From NCBI GenBank assembly GCA_977020255.1, contig CDROCS010003966.1, forward strand, positions 62,001 to 126,000: a DNA stretch of 64,000 nt. The letters run 5' to 3'. This DNA comes from Obrimoposthia wandeli. Lineage: Eukaryota. The first letter of the stretch is position 1; each line of letters opens with the position of its first letter. Positions 33,401-48,400 of this stretch are shown in pieces. The position numbers were made by a program, and so were the translations under genes. Under the pieces are notes generated by a model. It did no database searches and was not told where the DNA came from. It saw nothing but the letters and a program-made list of their open reading frames with translations.

Positions 33401-36400
33401 TAAAACTACGCTTGAAGTTGTACTTGCTAGTATATGTTATTAGTTTACGCTCATCATTGCAAAACCCTAGACAAATACGTTTCCGCAAGTCCTCTACAGT
33501 TTATCCAAAGAGGCTATTACTTTTTAACTTGTAAAAATTTCGATCGAATTTGCTAGTGGCCAAATTACGTTTTCTAGAATTCTTCTCAATATAGTCTTTA
33601 AACACAAAGTTTTGACTGAAGCTTATAGCACGATGAATTCGAGTAACTTTCGCTCCCAACTTTAAGTAGAATTGAAGAAGCCGCCAATGCACAACATAAT
33701 TCAACTTGTCTTCATGGGTTAACAATAATTTCTTAACCTTTGAATTAGGTAGGCATTGATGAACAGGCGCTACTGGAAGATCATCTAATTTATCATGCAC
33801 ATTGGGAGGGATTTTTAAGTCAACCTTAACCAAATAGCCGACGTCAGATGAAACTGTATCAACAGTAGCCAAATCTGTCATCAACTTATTCAACTGATCC
33901 ACATCATAAATCCACTTAAAGTTGGCATGAGGTAGAGGTTGAGTAAGCGCCCACCCATACAAATTATTAATATCGATGTACAGAATCTCCGTGGATTGAT
34001 TTTTGAAAACATGATGTTTGTTGACAAAAGTCATTCCACCGCGTATACCATAATCATACATTTGATACATCGCGGGATCTTGAAGTAACTCGATATTAAT
34101 TTTAAGAGTTTTTATTGCTGTTGCCCATGAAAGACCAGGTAAACTAAAGAAATGCATGGGATCTAGCCCATCTTCTGCTAAAGACTTTACACGAAAGGAC
34201 TCAAAAACATCAGCTAAAAGATAAATTTCATATAATAAAGCATATATTCAAGAAGATTTCGACAATTATTCACCCAAAAGGTACGGGCCTCATTATAGTC
34301 TTGAAGACTTACACTTTCAAATTCAGTTATGGGTGGGATTTCTGTAGTATTTTCTAAATATGCAAATGTTTTCGCAAATTTATACGGAAAAATCCCCTTA
34401 TCATTAACCGAAGCTGGGAACACCGACTGTGTGATAGGCCATGGATTTAAAAATGCCGTTAAATTTTTTAAAGACCCGTTCAAAAACTGCAGAGAATCTT
34501 TGAATCTTAAACTGCAGAATTCAGTATATGCAGTTAAAGATAAATATTTCTCTGAAGTTTGAGGTATACATGAAATTTCCCAAGAGCTTAATGTACCCAA
34601 CGCATATTTAAGTATATGATGCAAATCATATCCTTTGAGGTTATGAAACACGATGGGAATTCGTGGTTTTTTAGGGAGACGACGGCCAAGGTTACAGAAG
34701 TTGTACGCCGCTCCCAAGTATCGCCCCGTAACATGATCGTGATCTCTGACTAACTTAGACTGGGTTCCACACAAATAACATAATCTACAAGAATTAAAAT
34801 TAACCCAGTCTATGCCTGTCATAATCATTGCTAGATGAGCATTAAGATCATACCACGGTTTGACAATTGTTGTTCCTAATTCTTCTAATTTTAACACAAA
34901 ATCCAAAATACAATTTGGACCGGAAAATTTATGATACTGTGTAATATTAGGGCCTAAGAATAGTAGTCATGCCGAAGCCGGTAGGTGAATACTCTCATAC
35001 TGGTCGTGCAATGCTAAAATTGACTCAAAATCTGCATACACCCTGAATTCCACGGGTATGCATTTTGCCCAATCCCTGAATTTTAAATCCTTATCCTTAG
35101 GTATGCTATATAGCGTATTGTCATCAGGATTCAGTGAACATAATATCTGATGTTTGCACTAAAAGAGCTCAGATCGGAATCAATGCAAACATATATGACA
35201 CCACTTACACCTTATCCTAACTGGTAAGGCTCCATTATCTAAATTTAGAAGACGATCTAAACTGGGAATTGCAGCATAATGGAATTTATTATTCTGTTCG
35301 AGCAAAATTAAGTTGACCTGAGTCCCCTCATTTTTGCTCCTATAAATAACATCTACAAAAGGATTTTTAAATATTTCTTCATCTGTTACATTAACTGGGA
35401 TATCAGTATTATATTTGTTATTATTATCATTATTATTATCAAACATTTATTAATGTGAACGCAATCAATTTTTCAAAGGCCCCATAGGGGCCTCTTCTAC
35501 TTTACGTAGGTCTGGGTCTCAATCTTAGTATAGTTGCTGCTGGTCCTCGGTAGCAGTAACAGTAGCTGCTTGGGGCCTCGGTTTCGTCATTGGAACTTTG
35601 AGTAGGTCTGCGTACTTTTTCAGTACTCTTACGTCATCGCCGGGTACAGTTTTGGGCCCCTCGGCAGTCTCGATTGTAGCGGGGCCACCTTTTCGGCCAT
35701 TACCCGTAACCGACCCCAGGTCGGTTTTCGAGTACGATTTCTCCTCCTGTCCATGTCGAAGTTTCGAACTCTGACCACCACTATTCAAATCTGTTCGATT
35801 GTTGATAAAAGGTCTCTTTTCGGCATACGAATCCGCTGCTTCCTCTAGACTAGTGTTGTTCTTTGCCATTACAAATTTGTCGATAATACCAGACAGTATC
35901 TTTGCGCACTCCTCGTTGACATCGTAGTTTCGCATTAACCCAAAAATATCGTCTTGGGCCCCCTGCAGGAAGTTATAATTACTCCCGTTGTTTACCTGCG
36001 CTTCATTATTTCTCTTCCTGACCTTGTCGAAGTTTTCAGATCTTATTATTTTTATTCAGAATTTTTAAACAATTTTTTTGTTTTTTTGTTTGTTGGATCA
36101 TTTACAAAAGTCTCATTTTCGGCACACGAATCTGCTGTTGTTTGTTGTTGTTGGTTGTTTTTGTTTTTTTTAAGGGCCTTTTTTATTTTACGTAGGTCCA
36201 GGTCTCAATCTTCTCCAGTTCCTCGGCTGACAACTTATCCAGGGTCCCAGTTTTATGATTCGAGAATTTAGCCCACGAGGCTGCTGTATGTTCGATGGCT
36301 TTCAGGGTTAGTCGGATCTTGATATCCTTGATCTCCTTTGCTTTAAAAACAGCATTTGCAAAGATCCGGTTATTGATTTCAGGCCAGTAGCCGAGGGTCC

Positions 36401-39400
36401 CGATCCTTAGTGCGTAGAGTTGCACGAGTTTTTCTGGGTGGAGGGTCTTTAGCATTTCAACGAGCTCTGCGTATTTGGACATAGTTTCGGTGAGCCTCAG
36501 ATCAAATGACATGTCAGAGTCAAACGGGATCTTGATCTCTATCAGCATCACCTTATAGTCAGTCTCGATCGTTATGTCTGGTCGTGGTCTGCGGCTGTTT
36601 CCGTTATCGTCTACACATAAGTGGGTCAGCTCTTGAGTTACCTGTCCTGGATATTTTAGTTCCATGACCCTTGCAGTTTCCCGGCAGATCATGTCGTGTC
36701 TTTGAATTCGTAGTTTTGCTATGAGCTTACAACCAACGATTGCATGGCTCATCGACTCGACTAGCATCCCTTCCTGCATGGGGCGATCATATCAGTCCTG
36801 GGGCCTCGTACCTTCATGCGCCCGCACCTTGCGCGGTGGATGAAGAACCACCCTCGGTACGTCAGACGGCCCTTCATGATGGCCCGGTTAATGTCTGTGT
36901 CTGATGTGGCGTTCTTATATATTGGACTCGCTAGCTTGTCTTCGAGAACCTTGTGACTCTGGCTGAATTGCACAATGTTATGCATCGCCTTACTTGTGGC
37001 CTTGTAGGTCTTGAACTGCATGAGAAAACACACACATGCACAGTTTTAAAGGACAAAGGGGGAGGGGTGTGGATTAGACCTACTTTTTGCAGAAAATATT
37101 TCGTCTACAAGACGATCCACTTCATTGTCTTTATTTATAGTATTATTCATTCGAAACAATAGGTTTAAACAGGTGTGTTTATAGAAAAGATAACAAGATG
37201 TAATAAGATATATTTTCCAAAATCAAATCAACAATGTCTGGATAATCAAAATTTTTCAATCCCAATATCATAACTTTACCACTGGAAAATATATTTACAC
37301 ATAGCGGTTTAAACTTCAAATAACTGAGAGCAGGAAAATTTCTGGTTTAAATATGCATTCTTCTTTCATTTTCTTTGCAGTTTTAAAAAGATTTATCTGT
37401 TTCCCAAAATTAGCTGAAATCGTGATTGATTGTATTGCAGTGATTTGAATTCCAAATGGTGGATTGAACCCAAGCATTGGTATTTTGCATCCCATAACAC
37501 GACAATTTCCTAAAATAATTCAATATGGAAATAAAAAAACTAACCTGTAAGAAAAATAACAACTGTAAAATTGTCAAACTTTTCCACTTATTGTCTCTGC
37601 TTCCATTCATTGAATGGTAAGTACGAAACATCATCTTCAGTTCTACCTTTATAATTTATATTTACGAGTTTCATTAGACTAAAATTGTATTCTATAAAAT
37701 CTTCTTTATATGTGTCAGAACCTGCTTCTTTTTTTTATTGTAATTATCTTGCAAACCTATTATAATTGGATGATATATTTCTTCCAATCAAATTTGATTT
37801 TTAATATGGTTTTAGTATTATCAAATTCAATGCTTTTGTTATATTAACCAATGATATTCATGTTTTTGTTAGAAATTAGTATAAAAGAATGCGCGATTGT
37901 AGGACAAATCATAGTAAATGCATTCATATCAAAGACAATTATCAACGATGGAGGATAGCCAACGGGTATTAAACGGTGACGAAGATTCGGAAATATTTGA
38001 AGAATCGGATAAGGATATGTATGAAAAAGTGAAACAATATTTCAAATACAAAATCAGATTATTGAAGAAGGCTCAACTGATTGCTTTAGTAAATCCTGTG
38101 ACAATTGAAAGATGAAAGTTCAGCTACTATCTATCAAATATTCAAAAACTAGATTTTCAATATCTTAAACAGAAAATTGAAAAGGCAGTTCCGAATTTTA
38201 CTTTCAATAAGAACGAATTTTATATCCGAGGACCCGATGAAGCATTTCTAGATGACTATGGAAGATATGTTGATATTGATGCGTTTTCGAAAAAGAAGCA
38301 ATGGACTGTAACAATTCGACTTTATGATTACAAGAAAGATGAAATGGGAACAAATTTGCCTATGTGGAAAATTGAACGTGCTCATATTTCTATGTTTTAA
38401 CTTTTGCGTGTAATAAATTGTAATCGGTTTTACTATGTTTCTTTCATTTAATAATCAGTTTTATTTTTTAAATATTTGTATCTTATATGTATTTTTTTAT
38501 AAACATTGTTTTTTAATCAGTTTCCTTATTTTAGAATGGATAAGAGATATGTAGCAAATTTTTATTATCCAGAAAGAATTTCAAAAGGAAAACTATGTAA
38601 TATATTAAAGAGGCATCAAATTATACGAGTTATGAATCCTGTGAAAATATCAAAAGTGGAGAATAAATATCTCATCGAAATTTTAACAACATCTGATATT
38701 GATCAATTGAAAAATATTTTGGGATTTTACATTCCTGATTATGTAAATGAAGGAAATTGTTTCCAGCTTGAAACTGATCCCAGTCTGGATTTGAAAGATG
38801 ATCTAGGATATTTGATTGCTCCAATTCTAGATGAAGAAATATGGAATATGTCAATACAACTCAATGGATATTTTGCTGATGACGGGAAAATGCAGCCTCT
38901 TTGGACTTTGAGTGAAGCCAATATGTTGTTTTATGTTTAATAAATATTTTTAAAAATAATTTTGTCTCGTATTTTGTTTTTTCTCCTCTAAATTATATAG
39001 ATCTGACCGATTTTTTATCCTATAAATTCTAAAACTGACATAGATATTTAACATGTAGTAATTTGTTAATCTAAAATCTTTCTTAAAAATAGTATTAATA
39101 TATTATTTAAAATCTCGTCTGCGATAAGCCGCTGGGGCCAATATGGATTCCCGTGGTCTTCTCTAACCACCTTTGAGATTCGCAGTAAAATTTTTAAAAA
39201 TTGTGGTGGGGGGGTACCTCCCTTCCTTCCCCCTTTGGGTGGAATGGAGACATACATGAAATTTCACTCATCACACATGGACGAAATTTCACTCCACACA
39301 TGCACGCTTTTAAAGGACAGATGAGGGGAGGGGAGGTGTGGATTAGACCGGACACATCCACCTACTACGACCCCGTCGAAATAAATATAGTGACGAGAAG

Positions 39401-42400
39401 TCAATCGTAGAAGAATATCCTCGAAACTATGCCAAAAGAGCAACGAATGATGTTCCAGTATAACATAAGAAGATACGATGGAATGAGTTCAAACTAAGGT
39501 AAAAATGGTTAAAAGACATAGGAGAATGGGTTGACGCAAATCAGATTCATATTGGGATGCACTTGAATTGCTGGTGTCCGAAGAAGCTGGATTATCTTTG
39601 AAGGATGCCAGTAAAAGTTTAAATTCAGAAATCGAAGTAAAAAATGGTTTGAAGAATGGATTTCCTAAAAAGAAAATCCATAGTTGAAAAAGTTTGCGAA
39701 TTTCCAAAAGTGAAGCAAGTAGAAGGCGAACGTTTCTCAGCATTCAACATTAAAGTGAGAAAACTCGCTGAAGCCGTGATGATGATTAGCAAAGATGAGC
39801 TGACTGACGCTTTCATCAAAGAGAGAGTAAGAAGTGAAAACTGAAGGATCAATTATTATTAAAACCAAATATGCCAAAAGAAGAAATATATGTGTTGGCA
39901 AACGTTTATAGTGAAGTTGAGAAAAAGAAAACTGTGATTGCGCAAGTTCAGAATAAATAGGCAAATACAGTAAAAAGAGAATACAACTGCCCTGACCATC
40001 GTCATTTCTCAAACAATACGAAGAAACAACCAGTATTAGTACCAGTACATAAGAAACAAAGAAATTATGTTAATGAAGAAAAAATACATAAGTAGAAACG
40101 CCCAAAATCAAAATAATACAATACCAATGCCAAGGTTTTCGTTAAAACAAAAAGCTAAAAGAAAATATAACTTAGCTAAGGGACTATCTGTTACAAAAAG
40201 TGAATAACTTCAGCCAGGAGCATGTTTTTGTTGTGGTGAAAAATGTCATTTCTGAAATCAATGTCCTCTCAATCACAAATGTTTGATTGGCGGAAAAGAA
40301 GGTCACAATTTGAACAGTTGCTATTTTTTTAAAAACCCTCCTAAAACATCAAGAGTACTTTGTATAACAGAAGAAGTGGGAGAAAATAATCAAGATTTAG
40401 AAGATTGTAATAATGGCGATATGATAATGCATGATGTTAATCAGGGAAACGGGAGCGATTCCATTTCTCACATTTCGTCGGTGGGGTCGAGCATATAGAA
40501 CCAAAGCGGATTGAAAAAATGTTTATGAAGAATGATGGTCGTAAATGGATTATAATGAAGATCACTGATGAAAATGTGGAAATGCTGTAGGACTCGGGTT
40601 GTCACCATTTCGCATATTTGTCCCTGTTAATGTCGTAGCGTTCGTTTATAAGAAGAAAGTGCCACTCCCGTTTCAGAACCCCAATTTCTCATTATTATGG
40701 ACTATTTATCTTCAAATATCGCAAGATACCGAAATATGAAGATTGAAGGTACCCACAATCGAGGGAAATATGGTCTATTTGCTATTTGTAGCCATTGTTA
40801 AGTCAGACTGTACAAAATGCCAACTCCCACACCAAAATGATTCCAAGACGCATGAAGGAGAAGTGGAGGGATTGTTGAAGAGTTGATTATTATTGGCAGA
40901 ATAGAATCAAATACAGTAAAAATATTATTAATAAAATAAATTTAATAGGGCGCAATGAGATGACGATGATGGGAGGGTAGTGAAAGTGGTGAAAGTAGAA
41001 GGACCTTGAAAAGTTATTATTGTTTAACCAAGGTGGTCGGAAACTAAAAGGTAAAAGTGGTAAAACCTTTTAAAATAAAAATTATAATCGATTTTGATTT
41101 ATGAATGATGGTTTTATGAAAGAAGATTTTTACCTGGTGATTTATGATTTTGCCCTCCGATATGTGATTAATGTTTATGCTTCAATAAAAGCTGTGAAAT
41201 TTTATCTTTTATCTATGAATTTAATGGTCCCTTCGTACCGAAACAGGGATATTTGCAGTTGCCCATAGAAACATGGCTTCACTCAGAGGATAATGTAATT
41301 GGCAGCTTTACAGATGGAAGTAGAAGAGGTGCACTGCATAAAGAATGGCTCTTTCTCAAACCAGAATATTATCCATAGCTTAGTAGTAGTTATTATACAT
41401 TGGAAAGAAAGGGCCACAGATTAAAACACACTGGATTGAACCTTTCATCATATAAGAAATGCTTGATAAAGATAAGTTATCAACTTACTGTATGAACCAC
41501 TTCTGAAATTTGTCGAGGTCACATTGCCGTGACCCCAGCCATTCCGAGCTTGGATCACGACTGTGTAGTCTGTATACGGGAGAATGACGTCAGAGTTGCT
41601 CAAGATGAACGGAGATTGGACGCTGTTGTAGGAGGATGCGACCACACTGATCCCACTGCATGCAGCATCCACTCGAGCACCGCCATCTCCGACAGTCTGG
41701 ATGGATAAATAGCGCGGTGAAGTGGGACAGCACACGAGACTCACGAGAGAGCTCACCTTGTCAGAGCAGTCGGAACACGTCACTCTCCAGACCGCGATAC
41801 AAGCGCCACTGGAGCCACTATTGAGCACCACAGTGTACTCAGACACCGCTCCATTGGGCACGCTGGGGGCCCTCCACTGCAGCCACAGTTTGGAGCTAGG
41901 GAATACACTCGATACGTTGGTATTACTGGGTGATCCACTGACTGTGCAATGTAATATTCTTACTTAATATTCTTGCCTTATCATTTTCAATGGCGGATGA
42001 GCGTTCATACAAGTTGCCATGGTTATTCACCGGTAATGTAGGACTCTTGAAATTGGGTCATGGTACAGTTTCAAATATATGCTTGAAGGTTTATATATGT
42101 AGGTCATATATGGTTGTTATGGTTGCGTACTGTGTCCAGAAATCGATTTCAAATACAAATAAGCTTTGGCACATCTCAATCGTCCTATGATGCATCCCAA
42201 ATGAAACTAAAGATGAAGGACTCGGCGCTCGTCAAGTTCTAAATATTAGCGAAGAAAGTAATTAGAAGCAGCACTACGCTTTGAAACCCTTTTTGAAAGT
42301 TTTAAAATTCAGTAACGTTGTAAAATCCCTCTTAATGGTGCATCACAAAATGTGGGTTATAATATGATCATTTTTTTGGTATTTTGGTGATTTAAACACA

Positions 42401-45400
42401 TGAAAGAATGATGCACGATTCAGATTCTATGTTTAAGAATATCGATTGAGACAATTTATTCATGTTTTCATTTGAGTTGAAATATAAAAATATTCTGATG
42501 ATAAAATCAAGTAGCATATCAATTATCATAAAAATACACAATAAAAATTGAATCATTTATAACACTGACGGATATTTTATATTTGTTAAAAATTTGATTT
42601 ATTTTATATATTTTTATATAATATTTAAATTTAATAAAATACGAACATGAATAAAAATAAAAAGTTAGTGTGGATGAGACAGAAATGTTCCAGGGTGATG
42701 AGAAAATTATATTTATGTTTTATAGGTCATAATGGAATAATAGAAAATAATCGAGTGGCGTAAAATGTTGGTCCACAAATCTGACTATAACGACTGGCAG
42801 TCTCTTTGCGTCTTCAACATGCGATTATCTTCCCCATGCAATCATTAAAATGATTTCCCAAATCATCCAGGCTTTGTTTTATTAGCGATTTAATCCTGAC
42901 AATTCGCTCAGTTTAGAGAAACGTCTGGGCTTTGCGCATAATCTAAACTCTTATGCATCGCACTGAATATTGCCGCAGAATAATTCAACCTACAACAAAG
43001 GAATTTCAATTGTTCGCCTGTCATGCCGAACGAGGTCCCTCTGTACTGCTTCCTGACCTGAAAGCATTTCATCTACCACGCCAACTGACACAAACGAAAA
43101 GAGCATCTTCATTATCAAAAAGGCTCGAATATTCTCAAAATGATCATTTGACTTCACTTCTAATGCAGCGGTTTCAAACATTTTGGAAGGCACCCCAATG
43201 CTTCGCGCCACTCCTTTAAAAAATTAGAAACACAAATATATTTTTTAATTCAAAAGCTTTAAGCAAACAAATATCTAACTTAAAAATAGCTTCGTAAAAT
43301 TTTGAACATTACTCTTCATGGTAATGTTCAAAATTTTTTGTTGAAAGTATCAACTATTTTTAACGCAAATCAGCCCCGCTCCTCTTGGGGTTTGCGCCAT
43401 ACCCTTCGGAAACCGCTGCTCTAATGGGATTGTCTTGCCAAAAGCGCATTCACAAATATATATGGCTTCTAACTCAACATTATAGAAAGATACGGGTTCA
43501 AATAAAACTTCATTTTCTTCTCCCCATTGGCATTTCAAATGCTTACATTTTGCCTTCGTAAACTTAATATTTGTCCACATCACCCTTACTTAAATGTGCT
43601 CCTCTAATTGTCTGCAAGATAATTTCACACATAATCTACAACGGCCTTCACTTAGATCCACTCTCCTGGTCATTTTGCATTTACGCCTTTCTACAAAGTT
43701 TTTTACAACTCTGTGCTTTATCACATTGACTCTCAATGCCCAGTTAGTCCCTGTTCCAACTGCAGTTGCCATTCTCAAACATTCTTCATCCTCTCCAAAC
43801 AATCAACACTCAAACTCATCAAATCTTCTAAACTGCTCGCACGTTCTAATTTACCTTCATCCGAAATGACAGAACGCCGTACCGTGCACGTCTACAATAA
43901 CGGATTTGTTCATCACCCATATTATGCAAAGGCAGAAACTCCGTAGAACAAAGTAAGATCGTCAGTAATCCGGTATCTAAGTTGTTCATAGTTCCCCAGA
44001 CTTTGACCGCCCCAGCCTGGTAGAATATCCTGGGGTAAGCGTAGAAATCATATGTCCGTCTGCGGCCACTCCTTTCGAGCTGCCGCAAACCAGGTTCCCT
44101 TCAGAGCTTTGTAGTAGCTTCTTGACAGCCTCAACAGCATTACTCATCACCTTCTTGTTCTTTCTTTAGTCAATTATCCTTTGAATCTCATCCATGCCTT
44201 TGTCTTTCACAACTATCTATCACTCCTTCGAATTTGTCTAAATTATTGAGCTGACTATTTTACAACGAGTTCAAAAACTATGCCAGCAGTAGCTATAGCC
44301 ATAACTCACATTGTATATTTACAATTTCCTCCAAATTCAGGAGCTTTTACTGAGCAAACTTCAAGATCTAACTGCAACTGATTTAAACATGAGCTGTTAA
44401 CATTTCTGATGGCGAGCTAACTCTAAAACTGGAACGAGTTTGAATATTTGATATTTTGTAAACAAATCGTACTCATATTGGAATTCTTAATTGGCACCTT
44501 TGTCAGTATTGATAAAGAATGGAGAGGTACAGTCGCGTTCAAACTTCAATCCCTTTATATCTTACAGTTTGTCAATTAATGTATGTCCATCCTTAACAGT
44601 TATCATGCCATATTTTTACTTGTATTAGCACTTTTCTTTAATTTGAATATAAGTTTGACGGATTAGTTAAACAATTTCTACAATCGATGTAAATGTTGAG
44701 CTGGATTATTAAAGAGTAAATAATTTTGACAGTCAAGTCTTGGTGTAATCAAGCAGGCGTTATCATTGTAGTTATCTCAGTAGTAAGGCATTTTCTTTTT
44801 AGTTTTTTTTTAAATTTGACAGTTCAATGTATTATTTTCATATCTTCTTTATTTTTTGTTTTAAAATTAATAATATCTTCACCGACATGTTTGAAACTTT
44901 TTTCTTCTTTGAAACGGTATTTTTTATTCTTAGAATCAAACAATGTAGCCTCAGTTTATTTTCAATCATCTTTAATTATCTCGATTTCATCCAATAATAT
45001 TTTCCATTTCAGATTTCATAGTCATGAGAATCAAAATCAACAGCAAATTAAAGATGAATATAATCGCTATGATCGACAAAGCATACATCAAAAATTGGAT
45101 TTGTCCCAGAATCGAACACCGCATTTTTATCAACAGTTAACATTAATAATTTGCAGTCTCAATTCTAAGTAGAGATTTATTAGACAAATTAGCTTTAAAA
45201 TATTTTGGTTCATTTTGTGTATAATTTAGATTATTGCAGTTTAAAATATGAGTGAGAAAAGCTTTCTAAAGCTCTAAAAATCCGTTATGCGCATGCGAGA
45301 TCGTCGTTGAACAGCACTTAATGGTTTTGTTTAGATCTGCATTACATAATTTTCAAAGTGTGTACACTAAAGGTCGAGCGCAGAAGGGTCTAATTGACGC

Positions 45401-48400
45401 ACGTCCACATTCTGCCACAAACAATACAAAGAAAGTCTTTCATGACTGAATAAGGTTGTCCGAATAATTATTGCAACATTGCTTCATTAGCACGGTCGGG
45501 TGAGAGTGCGGTTTGATGCGCTGTTGGTCACTTCTAGCAGCTGGCAGGACCTGACTCGACGGACAGAAGAAATGGCATCTTTCACACAGACTGCGTAGTC
45601 GAGCTCAATGACAGAGCACACAGCATTCACCAACGACGATCTGCTCAGTCGCCAGCTGACAAGGACCTGAACTAAGTGTGACCACACACCCACCAATCAT
45701 TGCTCTCGCCTGCCACAATTGCTGACAAGCCAATTATCGATCCGTCTCACTAACCGTCGTGTGCTCTACATTTATCGACTGAGATGCTTATCAATTTGTG
45801 CGCGAATTTATTAAGTAAAACATTAGAAACTTTCATTTTCAATTTGCATATTTGGATTGAATGCTTTAGTCAGAGCAATACGCATTTGTGGCTATTCAGA
45901 TAGAAATGTTTAGATGCGTTGGATTCCTCATACGAGCCTGTTCAAATAAAACATGAAAAAGTATAAGTATAATTTTAAAATTGTTATTAGTCGTGTCTTA
46001 AATAAACTGATTGGATTATTTATCAACAAAAATTGTTTACAATATAGAAATACTTTCTAAATGCTTCAACTGTTTGACTTTCTATGCAAGAATACGCAGA
46101 TTATTACGGTTTCGATTATTGTGCTTTTTGATTTAATGCAGTTTATAATTAGTAAGATTTTTTATTTTGTTATATATTTAAAAATTTTGAAAATTTGTTT
46201 GTTTAAATTTTTTATTTTTCTAGAAATCCTTTTTAAAAAAATTAAATCAAAGATAAATTCTGAACATGCGGTTGAAAGCAATAATAAACGTAAGGTTAAT
46301 GATTTAGAAGAAATAAAAAATCATAATTAATAAACATGATGCTGCTGCAACGAGAGCTAAGATAAGCAGAGACCGTGCAATAGGTGAATCGACTTGGCAG
46401 ATATTTTCCTGAAATCTACAGCGAAGACATAAAGTCCCAGGTTGCAAGAAACCCATTTAAGCTGGGTGCAAAATACTCCCAAACAGCATTCAAGAAGAAT
46501 TTCTCGACTTAATCAATGACTCCTTTGCTAAAGATATCTACGAGGAGTTCGATTTGACGGAATTCTGGATAAAATGGCAAGCACCACACCTCATTCTGGC
46601 TCAGCAGGCACAGTCAATACTTCTTCCCTTCTCTACCACTTATCTATGCGAGAGTGGAATTTCAAAACTTTTGACAATAAAGCCCAAAACAAGGAAACGG
46701 CTTCGTGTGGGGATTGATCTACGATGTGCCATCTCCAAAATATCTCCGAGGATCAACTCCGAAGAAACAAGTGCAAAATCCACACTAACATTATTGATTG
46801 TGTTCTTGTGAGAATAATAAAAATAAATAATTGTCTTGATTTTAGAGTGGTGGTTAATTCATATTTCATATTTCATTTTTCTTAAGTTGGTAATTGATAG
46901 AAAAAGGTTAAGGAACGCAAAGGTTTAGTCAAATAAGAATCGGGAAATAGCAAAGCATCAAAAATTGGATAAAAAAGAAGAAACACTCCCCATACATAGA
47001 TAAAATTCCAATTGTAGTCTCATTAGAATGTCCAGGCCTTTCCTCCCCATCACACACAAACATGGGTGACTGTACAGGAGAGCTGGACTGACAAACAACT
47101 GCTCCGACTGGGGTTCATTGCGGCTCTCCAACATCTCTCTCTGACCTTCTGAGAATGTCATAGGAAAATGGTTTGTCCCTCCCGGTGAATATGTGGGATA
47201 TCGAGGGGGGAAATTTGTACAGAATAGACAACAGTGTGAGGAGCAAATCAATGAGTCAGATTTTGGGGTCCTCTTAATAGTAACAGCTTAAAATACATTT
47301 ACTAACAGATATTGTCTCAATCAATCCGACATTCAGCAATGTCCATCAACACTCAGAATCACCTTCAAAGAATGTGGAACAATAAAACATGCAACGTCCT
47401 CAACTTATTATACAACTTTAAATGAGTACAATGTGTGGTCGCTTCATTGAAGTCGCACGATTTAATAATAATGCCTAGAGGGCCATTTTTAGTAGGGAGA
47501 ACTGGAGATGTGGATGAACAAACATTCAGTCAAGGTGCCAAATGCATGTCAGTGTTCCTGGCCTCAGAAAATTGCGTGAGTACGGCGTACTCGGACTTAT
47601 CTAGATCCAAACAGCCAATGCGGAAGAGGGGGCTCTCGGATAAATTGAACATCGGAATTTGCTCAAGGCTGACAACAACAAAATCAAAACTCGGATGATG
47701 GAAGGAGATGGCCAAGACATCAAAGTTACAAACCTTTGTCTCTGCAGGAAGTGGTTGTAATTTTAAAATTTTGGGGTAATTTCTGAACTTTATAAAAGCT
47801 GAAGTACATTTAAGGCAGTTTCGAGAGGCACAATTTTGGAAGAGGGCAAAATTGAGACCACTCACTGATCTGGGGAGTGTTGACGTGAACACCCTGGGGA
47901 GGTCCCCAGCCCCACCAGTTGATTGGCTGGACATCCACCACATAATGAGTGTACGGGAGAATGTTGGTGGAGGTCAGATTCAGGGAGAAGTCGGTCTGAG
48001 AACTGCTGAATGATCCAATCGAGACCGAACTGAATGAAGGACGACTGCACAGTTTGGAGCCACTGGATCGAGTCTGAATGAGGAAATTGACACTGCAGTC
48101 TCATCTGAGTCTGGTTGAGATTGTGGCTGCAATTCGGCATTGAAGAGCTACGCGAGTGCGTCTACATCGGTGTCAGTGTGGGGGAATGTGTGGCGAGATC
48201 GAGAAAGAGGCCTCAATGAGCTCAGTCGTCGTTGAAGGAGCCCCGAATTGTGGGATAAGACTCAATCTGTTCTCTCTCTGCCCCAGGAAGAAGGGAATGA
48301 AGAGAGAGGGAGAGAGACAAAATGTGCGCACTGAGAATGGATCGTTCCCGGAGATATCCGCCTCGTAGACGAACCTGTTGAGGATTTGTGGGGCTCGCGG

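Larger units (their letters stand above)
27978..37084 (+). mobile_element. Inner Polinton family-B copy (deleted derivative lacking integrase and penton)
   Basis: Left TIR AGTAGGTGGAGGTGTCCAGTCTAATCCACACC at 27978. Right TIR 37029-37084 has a small internal deletion. Contains OB-like genes, TBP-like gene, ATPase, MCP fragment, protease and PolB. Confidence 0.85.
27608..39366 (-). mobile_element. Outer Polinton family-B copy (B'), internally deleted and split by inner copy B
   Basis: AGTAGGTAGATGTG terminus at 27608. ATPase and upstream-ORF fragment run to 27977, and the same ORF resumes at 37085 (reverse complement of ~30597 downward). Terminus ..CCACCTACT at 39366. Confidence 0.75.

Noticed and set aside
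6426-35480. Alternative genetic code or stop readthrough explaining the in-frame stops in viral genes
   Set aside because: All three stop types occur (TAG 6606, TGA 9840, TAA 33501), at different positions in paralogs and alongside frameshifts. Intact genes end at normal stops. Ordinary decay fits better.
35470-35490. GGGGCCTTTG shared between the retroelement 3' junction and ~63930 as a common target site
   Set aside because: Only ~10 bp match, and the 63930 copy lies inside a separate AGTAGGT terminus.
28690-39010. Gene-containing ~2-kb terminal inverted repeats, as in poxviruses
   Set aside because: Explained by nested insertion of a sister copy in opposite orientation; an internal TIR ends at 37084.
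40600-41240. Solo LTR followed by a TGGTCCCTTCG primer-binding-like site
   Set aside because: No second LTR, no CA end and no TSD could be verified.
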